In this document: positions 16,068 through 26,146 of the stretch, one piece after another
Layout of the letters: the number at the start of each line of letters is the position of its first letter
How positions within the stretch are numbered: the first letter of the stretch is position 1
Notes under the pieces: generated by a model
Told to the model about the DNA's origin: nothing
The model's input: only the letters and a program-made list of their open reading frames with translations
Database searches by the model: none
NCBI GenBank assembly: GCA_035632035.1
Contig: DASQHP010000059.1
Location: 1 to 57,552 of the forward strand
DNA: 57,552 nt
Source: Thermoplasmata archaeon
GTDB taxonomy: Archaea; Thermoplasmatota; Thermoplasmata; Lutacidiplasmatales; UBA184
Direction of reading: 5' to 3'
Made by a program: the position numbers and the translations under genes

Positions 16068-17417
16068 CTATCCTTCGGCGGTTCGCGCGGTCGCGTAGTC
16101 CGGTCGGACCACCCGACCGTGGGGAAGCCCGACGGTCTCCCCCTCGTCGACGATGAGCTCCCCGGCGCGATAGTGGGCGACGGGGAATATCGCGTTCCAT
16201 CCTTCGAACGCCGACCACCCGCACGCGGTCTTCAGCCGGTCGGCGCGGATCTCCCGACGCTCCCGGAAGTCGACCACCAGAAAGTGCGCGGGGCTGCCGG
16301 GGGCGATGCGCCCGTGGGGCAGGCCGAGCCACCGGGCCGGTCGGTCGCACGCTGTGCGCTGCAGCACGTCGAGCGGGAGGTCACCGGTCCGGACGCGCTC
16401 CAGCAGGATCGGAACTAAGGTCTCGACGCCCGGCATGCCGCTCGGCGCGACGGCGAACGGCCGGTCCTTCTGATCCCGGGAATGCGGTGCGTGGTCGCTC
16501 GCGACGATCGGTATCCGGCCGGCGGCGTACCTCTCCCATAGTTCACGGCGTTGGGCTTCCGAGCGCAACGGGGGGTTGACCTTCCCCAGTGTTCCCGCAT
16601 GGGACGCCGAACTGAGGAGCAGGTGGTGGGGAGTGACCTCGTGGGAGTGACCGGTCGCCCGGAGCCGGTCGGCGACCTCGGCCGAGGTGACGTGCGCGAT
16701 GTGGAGTCGAAGCGCCGGTGGAGCTTGCTCAAGGCCCTCCACGGCCGATCGTTCCGAGTCAACCGGCCGGTGGGCGTCCCAATCGACGAGGCCCGTGAGC
16801 GGCTGGACCGGCGTGAAGCGGCGGGGGTCCTCGGCGTGCACGCTGAGCGCGAGGCCCGAGTCGGCGACCGCCCGGAGCAGGAGCTCGCGCTCGCCGGGCT
16901 CGGGTGGCTGGATCTCTCCCGTGGTGGGGCTCAAGAACAGCTTGAACGCCCCGGCGACCTTCGCGAGTTCTCGGACCCGATCGGCCGTGGTGGCCGCGCC
17001 GATCACGACGAGGTCGGTGAACAGCTCCCCCGAGGCACGCGCGGCCTTCTCCTCGAGTCGTTCCCGGCTGATGATGGGAGGGTCGGTGTTCGGCATGTCC
17101 GCGACGGCGGTGACCCCCCCCGCGATGGCGGCTTCCGTGCCGGTCCGAAACCGTTCCGGCGGATCCGGTCCGCCGGGCTCGCGGAAATGGACGTGGATGT
17201 CCGTGGCCGCGGGAAGGATGAGCCGGTCCCCGACGTCGATCCGTCGCCCCCCCCGGATGGACCGGGCGATCCGCCCGATCCGGCCCTCGTCATCGACCGC
17301 AATCTCGACCGGCTGCAGGCGACCACGGAAGAGGGCGCGCCCGCAGAAGACGCGGGCCGGTGGAAGCCCCGGGCCCGCCGCCCGTTCACCCGGCCTAAGT
17401 CGACCGCGTCGGGGCAT
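16068..17417 (-). CDS. pyrC: Dihydroorotase (cyclic amidohydrolase)
   Basis: ATDIHVHFREPG (HxH), HAED and ASDHAPH metal-ligand motifs. 449 aa. Confidence 0.88.
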   Translation of the reverse strand: MPRRGRLRPGERAAGPGLPPARVFCGRALFRGRLQPVEIAVDDEGRIGRIARSIRGGRRIDVGDRLILPAATDIHVHFREPGGPDPPERFRTGTEAAIAGGVTAVADMPNTDPPIISRERLEEKAARASGELFTDLVVIGAATTADRVRELAKVAGAFKLFLSPTTGEIQPPEPGERELLLRAVADSGLALSVHAEDPRRFTPVQPLTGLVDWDAHRPVDSERSAVEGLEQAPPALRLHIAHVTSAEVADRLRATGHSHEVTPHHLLLSSASHAGTLGKVNPPLRSEAQRRELWERYAAGRIPIVASDHAPHSRDQKDRPFAVAPSGMPGVETLVPILLERVRTGDLPLDVLQRTACDRPARWLGLPHGRIAPGSPAHFLVVDFRERREIRADRLKTACGWSAFEGWNAIFPVAHYRAGELIVDEGETVGLPHGRVVRPDYATARTAEG

Positions 17418-17511
17418 CCCGAGTCGCGACAGCCACCGTGGTTAAGAATCGGTCGGCGCCGGTCGGCGGCTCTCGGGAAAGGCATTTCTCTCCCGGCGAA
17501 TCGGGGCAGTC

Positions 17512-18567
17512 GTGCCTCGCGGATCGAGAGCGCCAGCCTGGACGTATGCCCGCAGCGGTGTGGATCGGGGCGAGATCGGTGCCGCGCTCCAGGGGCTCCT
17601 CAGCTCCGTTCGCTATCGTCCCGCCGACGCTCGCCGGCGGGCCGTCGGCCCGTCGGGTCACTATGCGGGTCTGGTGCGAGTCGGGCGGGAGACCATCGCC
17701 GCGACGACCGACACCGTCGGGACCAAGGTACTGCTGGCGGCTCAGCTCGGCCGGTGGGCCGAGGTAGGAGAGGACATGGTGGCGATCAACGTCAACGACC
17801 TCGCGTCGGTCGGTGCCCGACCGTTCGGGTTCGTGGACACGATTTCCGCCGCACGGCCGGATCGCTCGGTCTTCCAGGCGATCGGCCGAGGCCTGGACCG
17901 GGGGCTCCGGGCCGCCCGATGCGCGCTCCTCGGGGGCGAGACTGCGATCGTGCCGGATATCGTGGAGGGGATCGACCTCGGTGGGACGGCGCTGGGCCAC
18001 TTCCCCGACCGCAATCCCGTCTTCGGTACCTCGATCCGCCCGGGCGACCGGATCGTGGGGATTCCCTCCAGCGGGGTCCACTCGAACGGCTTCACCCTCG
18101 TCCGCCGGCTTCTCGAGAAAGGGCGAGTCAGCCTTCGGTCGCGGAGACCCGGGGGGCGCGGGTCGGTCGGCGAGGAGCTGCTCCGTCCGACCCGGACCTA
18201 CGTAGCGGTTTCCGAGGCCGTGACGTCCCGCCACGGGGTCCACGGATTGGCCCACATCTCCGGCGGCGGGGTGCGGAACCTCGTGCGCTTGCACCACCGG
18301 GTCCGGTTCGTGCTGGATGAGTGGCCCGAACCCCCGGCACTGTTCCGCTGGCTCCAGGCGCTGGGACCCGTGGAAGATCGCGAGATGTTCCAGACGTTCA
18401 ACATGGGGATCGGATTCGTGGTCATCGTCCCGCCGGCCCGTCTGGACGCGGCGCTCGGCCGGTTGGCTCGGGCCGGGATCCGAGACGCCCGTCCCGTCGG
18501 GACGGTCTCGACCGGGTCGGGGGTCTCTCTGCCGCCGTTCAATCTCACCTACAGCGGCTACTCGTAG
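17512..18567 (+). CDS. purM: Phosphoribosylformylglycinamidine cyclo-ligase (AIR synthetase)
   Basis: YARSGVD..., TDTVGTKVLLA, LLGGETA and GIPSSGVHSNGF motifs of PurM. Confidence 0.95.
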   Translation: MPRGSRAPAWTYARSGVDRGEIGAALQGLLSSVRYRPADARRRAVGPSGHYAGLVRVGRETIAATTDTVGTKVLLAAQLGRWAEVGEDMVAINVNDLASVGARPFGFVDTISAARPDRSVFQAIGRGLDRGLRAARCALLGGETAIVPDIVEGIDLGGTALGHFPDRNPVFGTSIRPGDRIVGIPSSGVHSNGFTLVRRLLEKGRVSLRSRRPGGRGSVGEELLRPTRTYVAVSEAVTSRHGVHGLAHISGGGVRNLVRLHHRVRFVLDEWPEPPALFRWLQALGPVEDREMFQTFNMGIGFVVIVPPARLDAALGRLARAGIRDARPVGTVSTGSGVSLPPFNLTYSGYS

Positions 18568-18579
18568 CGAGGGTTCAGG

Positions 18580-19560
18580 GTGGCCGCGAACCCGGAGGTG
18601 GTCGCCCCGCGTCGGGTCCCGACCGCCGGGTTCGACCTGCGGCTCTGGGCCGCCGCGACCGCCGCCATCCTGGCCGCTTTCCTGTGGGCGACGTACTACT
18701 CCTTCGTCCTCGGCGCCCCGGGGACCCCGCCGAGCGGGCTCCTGGTCGACCCATTCCTGGCGGGCGCCGCGGGGTTCCTCGTTCTGGCCGGAGTGCGCCG
18801 CGAGATTCGGTCGGTGGGCCCCCTTTTCCGGGACCCCCGCTCGTGGGCTCGGGCGAGCCTGCTCGTCGCCATGCAGGTCTCGGTCCTCGCGTCGACCTAC
18901 CTCACCGGTGCCGTGGACACCTCGCTGCTCTCGCTCGTCGGCGACGTGGTCCTGACGCCGATCGCGCTGGTGCTTCTCTATGGGGAGGGCCGGGAGCGTT
19001 TCCGAACCCCCCTCTTCGGGCTCGGCCTGGTCACGGCCACAGCGGGGGCCACGCTGGTGATCGTGGCCGGAGCGTCGGTCGAAGCCCTTTCCGGCTGGGC
19101 GTGGGTCGCCGCGCCCATCGTCCCCGTGGCGGTCGCGCTGTATTTCCTCTACACGGCTCGGGCCAACCGGGAGACCCCGATGACCGCGCTCGTCGGGCAG
19201 GGAACGCTGTTGGCCGGCGTTTTGGGGATCCTGGTAAGCCCGGCGTTGCCGGGTGGACTCGGGGGGCTATGGCCGGCCTCGTGGGGCAGCGCCGGCGTCG
19301 TGATCGCCATCGGACTTACGAGCTTCTTCCTGGGACCGTACCTCTACTTCCGGGCCATCGAAAGCGTCGGAATCGTGCTTCCGGCCGTCCTCATGACCGC
19401 CATTCCCGTGTTCACGCTCGCGCTCAACGTCGCACTGTTCCACGAGGCTCCCCCGTGGCTCGGGCTCGCCGGCATACCCATCGCGGTCATCGGCTCGCTG
19501 GTCGCGCTTCGTGGTCCCCACTCCGGCTGGGGCTCCCCCGAGGCGTCCGGCGCCGGCTGA
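18580..19560 (+). CDS. EamA/DMT-family transporter
   Basis: 326 aa and about 10 TM segments in two repeated halves, which is a typical DMT architecture. Confidence 0.75.
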   Translation: MAANPEVVAPRRVPTAGFDLRLWAAATAAILAAFLWATYYSFVLGAPGTPPSGLLVDPFLAGAAGFLVLAGVRREIRSVGPLFRDPRSWARASLLVAMQVSVLASTYLTGAVDTSLLSLVGDVVLTPIALVLLYGEGRERFRTPLFGLGLVTATAGATLVIVAGASVEALSGWAWVAAPIVPVAVALYFLYTARANRETPMTALVGQGTLLAGVLGILVSPALPGGLGGLWPASWGSAGVVIAIGLTSFFLGPYLYFRAIESVGIVLPAVLMTAIPVFTLALNVALFHEAPPWLGLAGIPIAVIGSLVALRGPHSGWGSPEASGAG

Positions 19561-19563
19561 GGT

Positions 19564-22026
19564 TCACTCGAATTCGGACAAGGCCCGGGTCGTGTGCCGT
19601 CGCTTCGCCGGCTTCGCCAGATCTCCGACCGGCGTTTCGAGCGTCGCCGGCGTCTTGCTCGCCGGCGGGGCGAGGCCATCCTCGGCGGCGACGAGCCGCC
19701 GCTGGACGTTCCCCCCGAGGAGGGCCCGGGCGTCCCAGTCGTACACTTCGGTCACCCGGGCGAGGGTCTGGGCGACCCGTTCGGCGTAGTACTCGTAATC
19801 CGGCTGCTGCGTGAACGCCCGCCCCTCGATCCACGGCTCGATCTCCTGCGGAGTCTTGCCCGCGTCGGTGACGATCCAAGCGACCTTCATGCCGGGGATC
19901 ACGTCGTACCCCTCGGCCTTCAGCTGCTTGAAGACCCGAAGGAATGGAAGGTTGTCCCGGGTCGATTCGTTGTACTCCTCCTCGGCGCGAACCGACCGGG
20001 CGATCACCAGTCGTTCGGCCTTGATATGGCCCTCGCGACAGGTTCGGACCAGTTCGCGGGCGCGCTGGACGGCGGCATCCGAGTCCCCCTTCAGGACCAG
20101 GTCGAACACCTCGTTGAGGGCCTCGGACTGGTAGTCGAAGGCGTCCGTCCGGCGGCTCTCATAGCCGCGGATGACGAGCTCCTCCTTCGGCCAGACGGTC
20201 CGCCCGACGTACCGCTTCTTCGCCCCGTGGGAGAAGAGGGCCTCGTAGACCGATTGGAACTCGAAGGTGACCCCCTCGTGGGTGAACCGCCGCGAGACCT
20301 CCTCACCGAAGCGGCGGGCCTCCTCGAGGGAGCCGCCCGGAGAGCGGACGAACACGCTATCGGTATCGGAGTAGACCACCTCGTGGCCGTCCGCCTCGAG
20401 GTCGTGGATGATGGAGGTGATCGCCTCGCGGGCGAAGGCGGTGATCGCGGCTCCGATGTCCTTGTTGGTGAACCGGTAGAAGCTGGACGCGAGCACGCCG
20501 TAGAAGGAGTTCATGAGGACCTTGACCGCGTTCTGCAGACCATCGTAGTACTGGCGCATCTCGGGGCTCGCGGCCGCCGCGGCCTCGCGCCGGAACCGGT
20601 CCCGGTCGGTGAGCAGCTCGCGCAGGATCGAGGGAATGATCCCGGGTCGCTGGGCCGCGGTCAGGAAGTGGGCCCCCGAGGGGGCGACCGTGGTCCCGCT
20701 CGGGGAGAGCGTCGTGAAGCAGAGATTCTTCGAGATGATGATGCTGGGGTACATCGACTTGAAGTCGAGAACGACGACCCAGTTGTAGAGGCCGGGACGG
20801 ATCGCGTGGACGTAGCCGCCCTCGATGGGGGCGTCCCGTCGGGCCCGGTGGGTCGGGGGAACGCCGACGTTCTCCCGGTCGGCGCGTGGGATGAGCATCG
20901 CGTCGATGAACAGCGAGGTGCGCCCGTTGAGGCCGTCCTCGAGAGGGAGGTGCGCGACGGTGGCGAGGTCGGCGGCCTTCTCGATCGTACGGAGCCGCTG
21001 GACGATGCGCAGCGCGAGGTCCGCGTCGTGTTCGCAGTACTCCATGACGCGCTCGCGGTCGGCGGCCCACTCCGCCTCGATCCGGCGACGGTCGACGTCG
21101 AGCTTCTTGTCCCCGAGGAGCGTCCGCGCCACGAACTGGAGCGTCTCCTGCTTCGGGTGGAGCTCGCGCCGGGCCGACCACCATGCATCGGCTACGATCC
21201 GACCCGACAGCCGCCACAATCGCTCGCCGAGATCGCGGGGCGCGCCCCGGTCGCGGCCCAGGGCGAGCACGGGGACCCCCAGGGCCTCCGCGCGTTCCAA
21301 CAGAAGCGGGATGTCGTAGCCGCCGATGTTGTAGCCCGTGATCACGTCGGGGTCTTCGCGGGTCACGACGTCGACGAACTCCTCGAGGATCCGTTTCTCG
21401 CTCTCGTTGGAGATCCGGAACGTGGTGCGGCCGGCTCCGCCGCGGTCGACGACGCCGCAGATGGTGAAGATCGTCCGCTCGCGGATCGCGTTCTCGATGT
21501 CGAAGGCGAGGACGGTGAGCGGTGGGCGGAACGCCTCGGACGGGCGGATGTCTCGGCCGCCCTCCGTCACCACCCGGACCACGCGACGCACGCCGTAGAG
21601 CGCACGGACCGCCTCGGGTTCATCCTCGGCCTCGAACTCGAAGGTGAGCCCCAGCCCCTTGTCGTACAGGAACCGGTGGACGAACGGAATGTCGCAGGCG
21701 AGGACGCTATTGTCATCCCCGGACCGGCGGTAACGCTCCCGGAAGTCGGGCACGGTCCACGGGTTTGTGACCGTGACCCGGAGCGCCGGCCGAGTCTCTC
21801 CACCGACCCAGGTCGTGATCTCCTGCGTCGCCTTGACCTGCGGGTCGGCTTTCAGAGACTGGCGGTTCTCCGGAGTGGGGTTCGTGAGGACGAAATAAGG
21901 CCGGAACCCGTAGTATCGGGCGACCACTGGCTCGCCGTCTCGGCTGCGGCCGTAGAGCTCGACGACCACGCCATCTTCGATGGCGCGATACGTCCCGCTC
22001 AGCAGGAAGAGGGAGATCGTCTCCAA
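19564..22026 (-). CDS. polB: DNA polymerase, family B
   Basis: Exo I FDIEN, Exo II GYNIGGYDIPLL, Exo III YCEHDADLA, Pol A DFKSMYPSII, Pol B KVLMNSFYGV, Pol C YSDTDS. The motifs are contiguous, so no intein. Confidence 0.97.
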   Translation of the reverse strand: METISLFLLSGTYRAIEDGVVVELYGRSRDGEPVVARYYGFRPYFVLTNPTPENRQSLKADPQVKATQEITTWVGGETRPALRVTVTNPWTVPDFRERYRRSGDDNSVLACDIPFVHRFLYDKGLGLTFEFEAEDEPEAVRALYGVRRVVRVVTEGGRDIRPSEAFRPPLTVLAFDIENAIRERTIFTICGVVDRGGAGRTTFRISNESEKRILEEFVDVVTREDPDVITGYNIGGYDIPLLLERAEALGVPVLALGRDRGAPRDLGERLWRLSGRIVADAWWSARRELHPKQETLQFVARTLLGDKKLDVDRRRIEAEWAADRERVMEYCEHDADLALRIVQRLRTIEKAADLATVAHLPLEDGLNGRTSLFIDAMLIPRADRENVGVPPTHRARRDAPIEGGYVHAIRPGLYNWVVVLDFKSMYPSIIISKNLCFTTLSPSGTTVAPSGAHFLTAAQRPGIIPSILRELLTDRDRFRREAAAAASPEMRQYYDGLQNAVKVLMNSFYGVLASSFYRFTNKDIGAAITAFAREAITSIIHDLEADGHEVVYSDTDSVFVRSPGGSLEEARRFGEEVSRRFTHEGVTFEFQSVYEALFSHGAKKRYVGRTVWPKEELVIRGYESRRTDAFDYQSEALNEVFDLVLKGDSDAAVQRARELVRTCREGHIKAERLVIARSVRAEEEYNESTRDNLPFLRVFKQLKAEGYDVIPGMKVAWIVTDAGKTPQEIEPWIEGRAFTQQPDYEYYAERVAQTLARVTEVYDWDARALLGGNVQRRLVAAEDGLAPPASKTPATLETPVGDLAKPAKRRHTTRALSEFE

Positions 22027-22050
22027 CGTGGGCGGGATGCGGGGCCCGCG

Positions 22051-22659
22051 TTATAGGGTTTCCAACTCGCCTTGGAGCCAGTCACGCAATCGGTCGATGT
22101 CTGCGGCCCAGCGCTCGGCCGCCCGGCGGGACCGGAAGGTGGCGGCGGGGTGCAGAAGGGGGAAGAGGCAATGGTCGCCGGTGCGACGGGGGGTTCCGGC
22201 GGCCGCCATGACCCGCGGCGCGGCGGGGTCGATCGCTCGGAGCGCGTGAGCGCCGAGCGGCACCAGGATCCGGGGACGGAGCAACTTGAGCTGCCGGTCG
22301 AGGAACGGCGCGCATGCCCGGATCGGCGCCGCCCCCAGTCGGTTCTCGGGAGGGCGACACTTCACGAGATTGAGGATACCCGCGCTGCGCCCGGGGTCAC
22401 CGAGGCGGGCGATGGCTTCGTCGAGGCGCTTTCCGGCCCGGCCGACGAAGGGGACTCCCTGTCGGTCCTCCTCGCGTCCGGGTGCCTCGCCGATGAACAC
22501 GACCGTCGGATGCGCCGGGCCGCGGTAGATCACGACGTGTTCCCGCAGATGACCGAGCTCGCAGCGTCGGCAGGCCTCGATCTCCCCCACCAGGGCCCGC
22601 CACGCGCGGCCGCGGGGGCCGCGGGGAATTCCGCTGACTTTGGGGGCTCGGACGGCCAC
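22051..22659 (-). CDS. udg: Uracil-DNA glycosylase, family 4
   Basis: CRRCEL...GEAPGREEDRQGVPFVGRAG...LLHPAA motifs. 24 nt upstream of polB on the same strand. Confidence 0.92.
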   Translation of the reverse strand: MAVRAPKVSGIPRGPRGRAWRALVGEIEACRRCELGHLREHVVIYRGPAHPTVVFIGEAPGREEDRQGVPFVGRAGKRLDEAIARLGDPGRSAGILNLVKCRPPENRLGAAPIRACAPFLDRQLKLLRPRILVPLGAHALRAIDPAAPRVMAAAGTPRRTGDHCLFPLLHPAATFRSRRAAERWAADIDRLRDWLQGELETL

Positions 22660-22753
22660 GGCCGGACAATCCGGACGGTGTTAAGCGCTCTCGCGTCCGG
22701 ACCGCCGCCACCGCCGTGGCGAACGCTGTGCCACGCCGCCGCTCGGGGGAATC

Positions 22754-22760
22754 TTAAATA
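22754..22760 (+). promoter_or_regulatory. TATA box TTAAATA of the rps12-rps7-EF-2 operon
   Basis: A clear AT-rich heptamer 35-41 nt upstream of the rps12 ATG in an otherwise GC-rich spacer. Confidence 0.55.
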
Positions 22761-22794
22761 GCAAGGCCCGCTGGCTCGGACCCTTCAACTCACC

Positions 22795-23229
22795 ATGCCA
22801 CCGCCCTCGGGTCTATACACCGCCGGCAAGCTCAGTCGCCTGCGCCAGCGGCGACGCTGGTCGGACCGGTACTACAAGCGCCGGACCCTGCATCTCAAGG
22901 AGAGGTCCGACCCCCTGGAGGGAGCTCCCCAGGGCCGCGGGATCGTCATCGAGAAGGTGGGCGTAGAGGCCAAGCAGCCGAACTCGGCGATCCGCAAGTG
23001 TGTCAAGGTCCAGCTGATCAAGAACGGTCGGCAGATCACGGCGTTCGCGGTCGGAGATGGCGCCATCAACTTCATCGATGAGCACGACGAGGTCCTCGTG
23101 GAGGGGATCGGGGGCCGGATGGGCCGGTCCTACGGCGACATCCCCGGCGTACGGTACAAGGTGATCCAGGTGAACGGCACGTCGCTCGACGAACTCGTGC
23201 GCGGGCGCAAGGAGAAGCCCCAGCGATGA
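22795..23229 (+). CDS. rps12: 30S ribosomal protein S12 (uS12)
   Basis: [25 protein letters not shown]... is highly conserved in uS12. Confidence 0.97.
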   Translation: MPPPSGLYTAGKLSRLRQRRRWSDRYYKRRTLHLKERSDPLEGAPQGRGIVIEKVGVEAKQPNSAIRKCVKVQLIKNGRQITAFAVGDGAINFIDEHDEVLVEGIGGRMGRSYGDIPGVRYKVIQVNGTSLDELVRGRKEKPQR

Positions 23230-23894
23230 GCGAGAACCCCGCCACGGCCCCGCCGCCCCTCCCGGACAGCTCCGAAGAGGGTCCGGGCCCGGTCGTCGTT
23301 CGGCCCCAGCCACCGGCCCCACCCCCGTTCCCGCTCCCGCCGCTCTTCGGGCAGTTCTCCTTCGAGGGGATCGAGGTGCACGACCCGGGACTCCAGCCGT
23401 ACCTCTACCTGCATCCCATCTACGCGCCGCACACGGAAGGGAAGCTCACCGGCCGTCCGTTCCTCAAGAGCCACATGCACGTGGTCGAGCGGCTCGCCAA
23501 CCACCTCATGAAGGGCGGGAAGTTCACCGGCAAGAAGTCGAAGGCGCTCAAGACGATCCGGCTCGCGTTCCAGGAGCTCGCGAAGTCGGAGAAGCAGAAC
23601 CCGCTCCAGTTGCTCGTGAACGCCATCGAGAACGCCGCCCCCCGCGAGGAGGTCACTCGTCTCCAGTTCGGCGGGATCTCCGTCCCCCGTGCGGTGGATG
23701 CCTCGCCGGCCCGCCGACTCAATGTGGCGATCCGCAACATCGCTCTCGGCGCCATCCAGTCCTCCCGCAAGTCGACGAAGGCGATCGAGTCGTGCCTCGC
23801 GACCGAGATCGCCCTGGCGGCGAAGGGCGACCTCACGAGCTTTGCCGTGGGCCGGAAGGAAGAAGTCGAGCGCGTGGCGCAGTCGGCGCGCTAG
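23226..23894 (+). CDS. rps7: 30S ribosomal protein S7 (uS7), with Pro-rich N-terminal extension
   Basis: [18 protein letters not shown]...[21 protein letters not shown] overlap with rps12. Confidence 0.95.
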   Translation: MSENPATAPPPLPDSSEEGPGPVVVRPQPPAPPPFPLPPLFGQFSFEGIEVHDPGLQPYLYLHPIYAPHTEGKLTGRPFLKSHMHVVERLANHLMKGGKFTGKKSKALKTIRLAFQELAKSEKQNPLQLLVNAIENAAPREEVTRLQFGGISVPRAVDASPARRLNVAIRNIALGAIQSSRKSTKAIESCLATEIALAAKGDLTSFAVGRKEEVERVAQSAR

Positions 23895-23911
23895 GCCGGG
23901 AGCGAGAAAGG

Positions 23912-26113
23912 ATGACGCATATCCGGAGCGAGCTGGCGAAGGCCATTCCCGAGATGATGCGGCAGGTCGACCGGATCCGCAACATCGGCATCGTCGCGCA
24001 CATCCACCACGGGAAGACGACGCTGAGCGACAACCTGCTGGCCGCCGCGGGCATGATCTCCAACGAGCTCGCGGGTAAGCAGCTCTACCTCAACTTCGAC
24101 GAGCAGGAGCAGGCCCGTCTCCTCACCATCAACAACGCGGACGTCACCATCGTCCACGAGTTCGAGAAGGAGAACTACCTGATCAACCTCATCGACACCC
24201 CCGGTCACGTCGACTTCGGCGGGGACGTCACGCGGGCGATGCGCGCCGTGGACGGAGCCGTCGTCGTCGTCTGCGCCGTCGAGGGCGTCATGGCCCAGAC
24301 GGAGACGGTTCTCCGCCAGGCGCTCCGGGAGAAGGTGAAACCGGTCCTCTTCATCAACAAGGTCGACCGGGCCATCAAGGAGCTCAAGCTGACCTCGGAC
24401 TCGATGCAGAAGAGGTTCACCACGATCATCTCCGAGGTCAACGAACTCATCCGGAAGATGGCCCCCGAGGAGTTCGTGGACGAGTGGTCCGTCGACCCGC
24501 GCGACGGCAGCGTCGCCTTCGGCTCCGGCTACGAGAACTGGGCGATCAGCGTCCCCTACATGCAGAAGACTGGGGTCAAGTTCCCCGACATCTTCGACTT
24601 CGTCTCGACCGGGCGGTCGAAGGAGATCGCCCAGCGGGCCCGGATCAACGACGTCGTCTTCGACATGGTCGTGCGGCACCTCCCGAGCCCGCACGTCGCC
24701 CAGCGCTACCGCATCCCGAACATCTGGAAGGGCGATTCCACGTCGGCCATCGGCCAGGCGATGGTCGCCACCGATTCCGCGGGTCCGACGGCGTTCATGG
24801 TCACCGACATCACCATGGACCCGAACGCGGGCGAGATCGCGACAGGCCGGGTGTTCTCGGGCCGGCTCCAAAAGGGCATGGAGCTCGCCGTGGTGGGCAC
24901 GAAGACCCGCAACCGGGTCCAGCACGTCTCGCTGTTCATGGGGCCCGAGCGGTTGATGGTCGAGGAGGTCACGGCCGGCAACATCGCCGCCGTGATCGGT
25001 CTCACGGACGCGTTCGCCGGCACGACGATGGCTTCCACGGCGGACATGGTTCCGTTCGAGGAGATCCGCCACGTCTCCGAGCCGGTGGTCACGGTCGCCA
25101 TCGAGCCGAAGCACATGGGCGACCTCCCGAAGCTCATCGAGACGATGCGGAAGATCGCGAAGGAGGACGCGAGCCTCAAGGTCGAGATCAACCAGGAGAC
25201 CGGCGAGCACCTCCTGTCGGGGATGGGCGAGCTCCACCTCGAGATCACCCAGTACCGGATCGTCAACGACTACAAGGTCGAGATCCAGGCATCGAAGCCG
25301 ATCGTCGTCTACCGGGAGACGGTCGGGTCCCCGGGCGGCCCGTTCGAGGGGAAGTCGCCCAACAAGCACAACCGATTCTACTTCGAGGTCGAGGCGCTGC
25401 CGGCCGCCGTCGTCCAGGCGATCAAGGACGGCGAGATCCCGCAGGGCAAGTCGTTCAAGGACACGAAGACGCTCGTCACGAAGCTGGACGCCCTCGGTGT
25501 CCCCCGCGACGAGGGACGCGGGATCGTCGCCGTCGAGGGGACGAACATGCTGTTCGACGTCACGAAGGGCATCCAGTACCTCAACGAAACGATGGACCTC
25601 ATCGTGGACGCCTTCAAGGAGGCGATGAACCGCGGGCCGCTCGCCAACGAGCGCGTCTACGGCCTCAAGGTCCGTCTGGTCGATGCGAAGCTCCACGAGG
25701 ACTCCATCCACCGCGGTCCGGCCCAGACGATACCGGCCGCGCGGTCGGGCATGTACGGGGCCATGTGCCTCGGCGGCCGCATTCTCCTGGAGCCGATGAA
25801 CAAGGTCACCGTCAACGTCCCGCAGGAGGTACTCTCCGGCGCCACGCGCGAGCTCCAGCGCCGGCGCGGCGAGATCCTCGACATGACGAGCGTGGGCGAC
25901 CTGCAGACGATCGTCGCCAAGGTCCCCGTCGCCGAGCTGTTCGGGTTCGCGAGCGACATCCGCAGCGCGACCGCGGGCAAGGTCCTCTGGGCGTCGGAGT
26001 CGCTGGGCTTCGAGATCCTGCCGAAGGAGCTCCAGACCCAGGTCGTGAGCGAGGTCCGGCAGCGCCGCGGGCTCAAGCCCGAGCCGTACGACGCGTCGTA
26101 CTACGCCGGTTAG
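23912..26113 (+). CDS. fusA: Elongation factor 2 (aEF-2)
   Basis: IRNIGIVAHIHHGKTTLSD, DTPGHVDF, and the diphthamide-site context HEDSIHRGPAQ. ATG at 23912 chosen within the longer ORF that starts at 23792. Confidence 0.97.
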   Translation: MTHIRSELAKAIPEMMRQVDRIRNIGIVAHIHHGKTTLSDNLLAAAGMISNELAGKQLYLNFDEQEQARLLTINNADVTIVHEFEKENYLINLIDTPGHVDFGGDVTRAMRAVDGAVVVVCAVEGVMAQTETVLRQALREKVKPVLFINKVDRAIKELKLTSDSMQKRFTTIISEVNELIRKMAPEEFVDEWSVDPRDGSVAFGSGYENWAISVPYMQKTGVKFPDIFDFVSTGRSKEIAQRARINDVVFDMVVRHLPSPHVAQRYRIPNIWKGDSTSAIGQAMVATDSAGPTAFMVTDITMDPNAGEIATGRVFSGRLQKGMELAVVGTKTRNRVQHVSLFMGPERLMVEEVTAGNIAAVIGLTDAFAGTTMASTADMVPFEEIRHVSEPVVTVAIEPKHMGDLPKLIETMRKIAKEDASLKVEINQETGEHLLSGMGELHLEITQYRIVNDYKVEIQASKPIVVYRETVGSPGGPFEGKSPNKHNRFYFEVEALPAAVVQAIKDGEIPQGKSFKDTKTLVTKLDALGVPRDEGRGIVAVEGTNMLFDVTKGIQYLNETMDLIVDAFKEAMNRGPLANERVYGLKVRLVDAKLHEDSIHRGPAQTIPAARSGMYGAMCLGGRILLEPMNKVTVNVPQEVLSGATRELQRRRGEILDMTSVGDLQTIVAKVPVAELFGFASDIRSATAGKVLWASESLGFEILPKELQTQVVSEVRQRRGLKPEPYDASYYAG

Positions 26114-26146
26114 GTCGGTCCGTTCCCTGTCCTTCGACGGGATGGC

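Noticed and set aside
19564-22026. A possible intein in PolB.
   Set aside because: The exonuclease and polymerase motifs are contiguous at normal spacing, and the 820-aa length is that of an intein-free enzyme.
19594-22056. An 820-aa plus-strand ORF that mirrors polB (also 820 aa), offset by 30 nt.
   Set aside because: Its codons are exactly aligned antisense to the polB codons (both start positions are 1 mod 3). In that frame a stop requires the sense codons TTA, CTA or TCA, which strong GC3 bias removes. The translation is R/G/D/P/L/V-rich with no motifs, whereas the minus strand carries every family-B polymerase motif.
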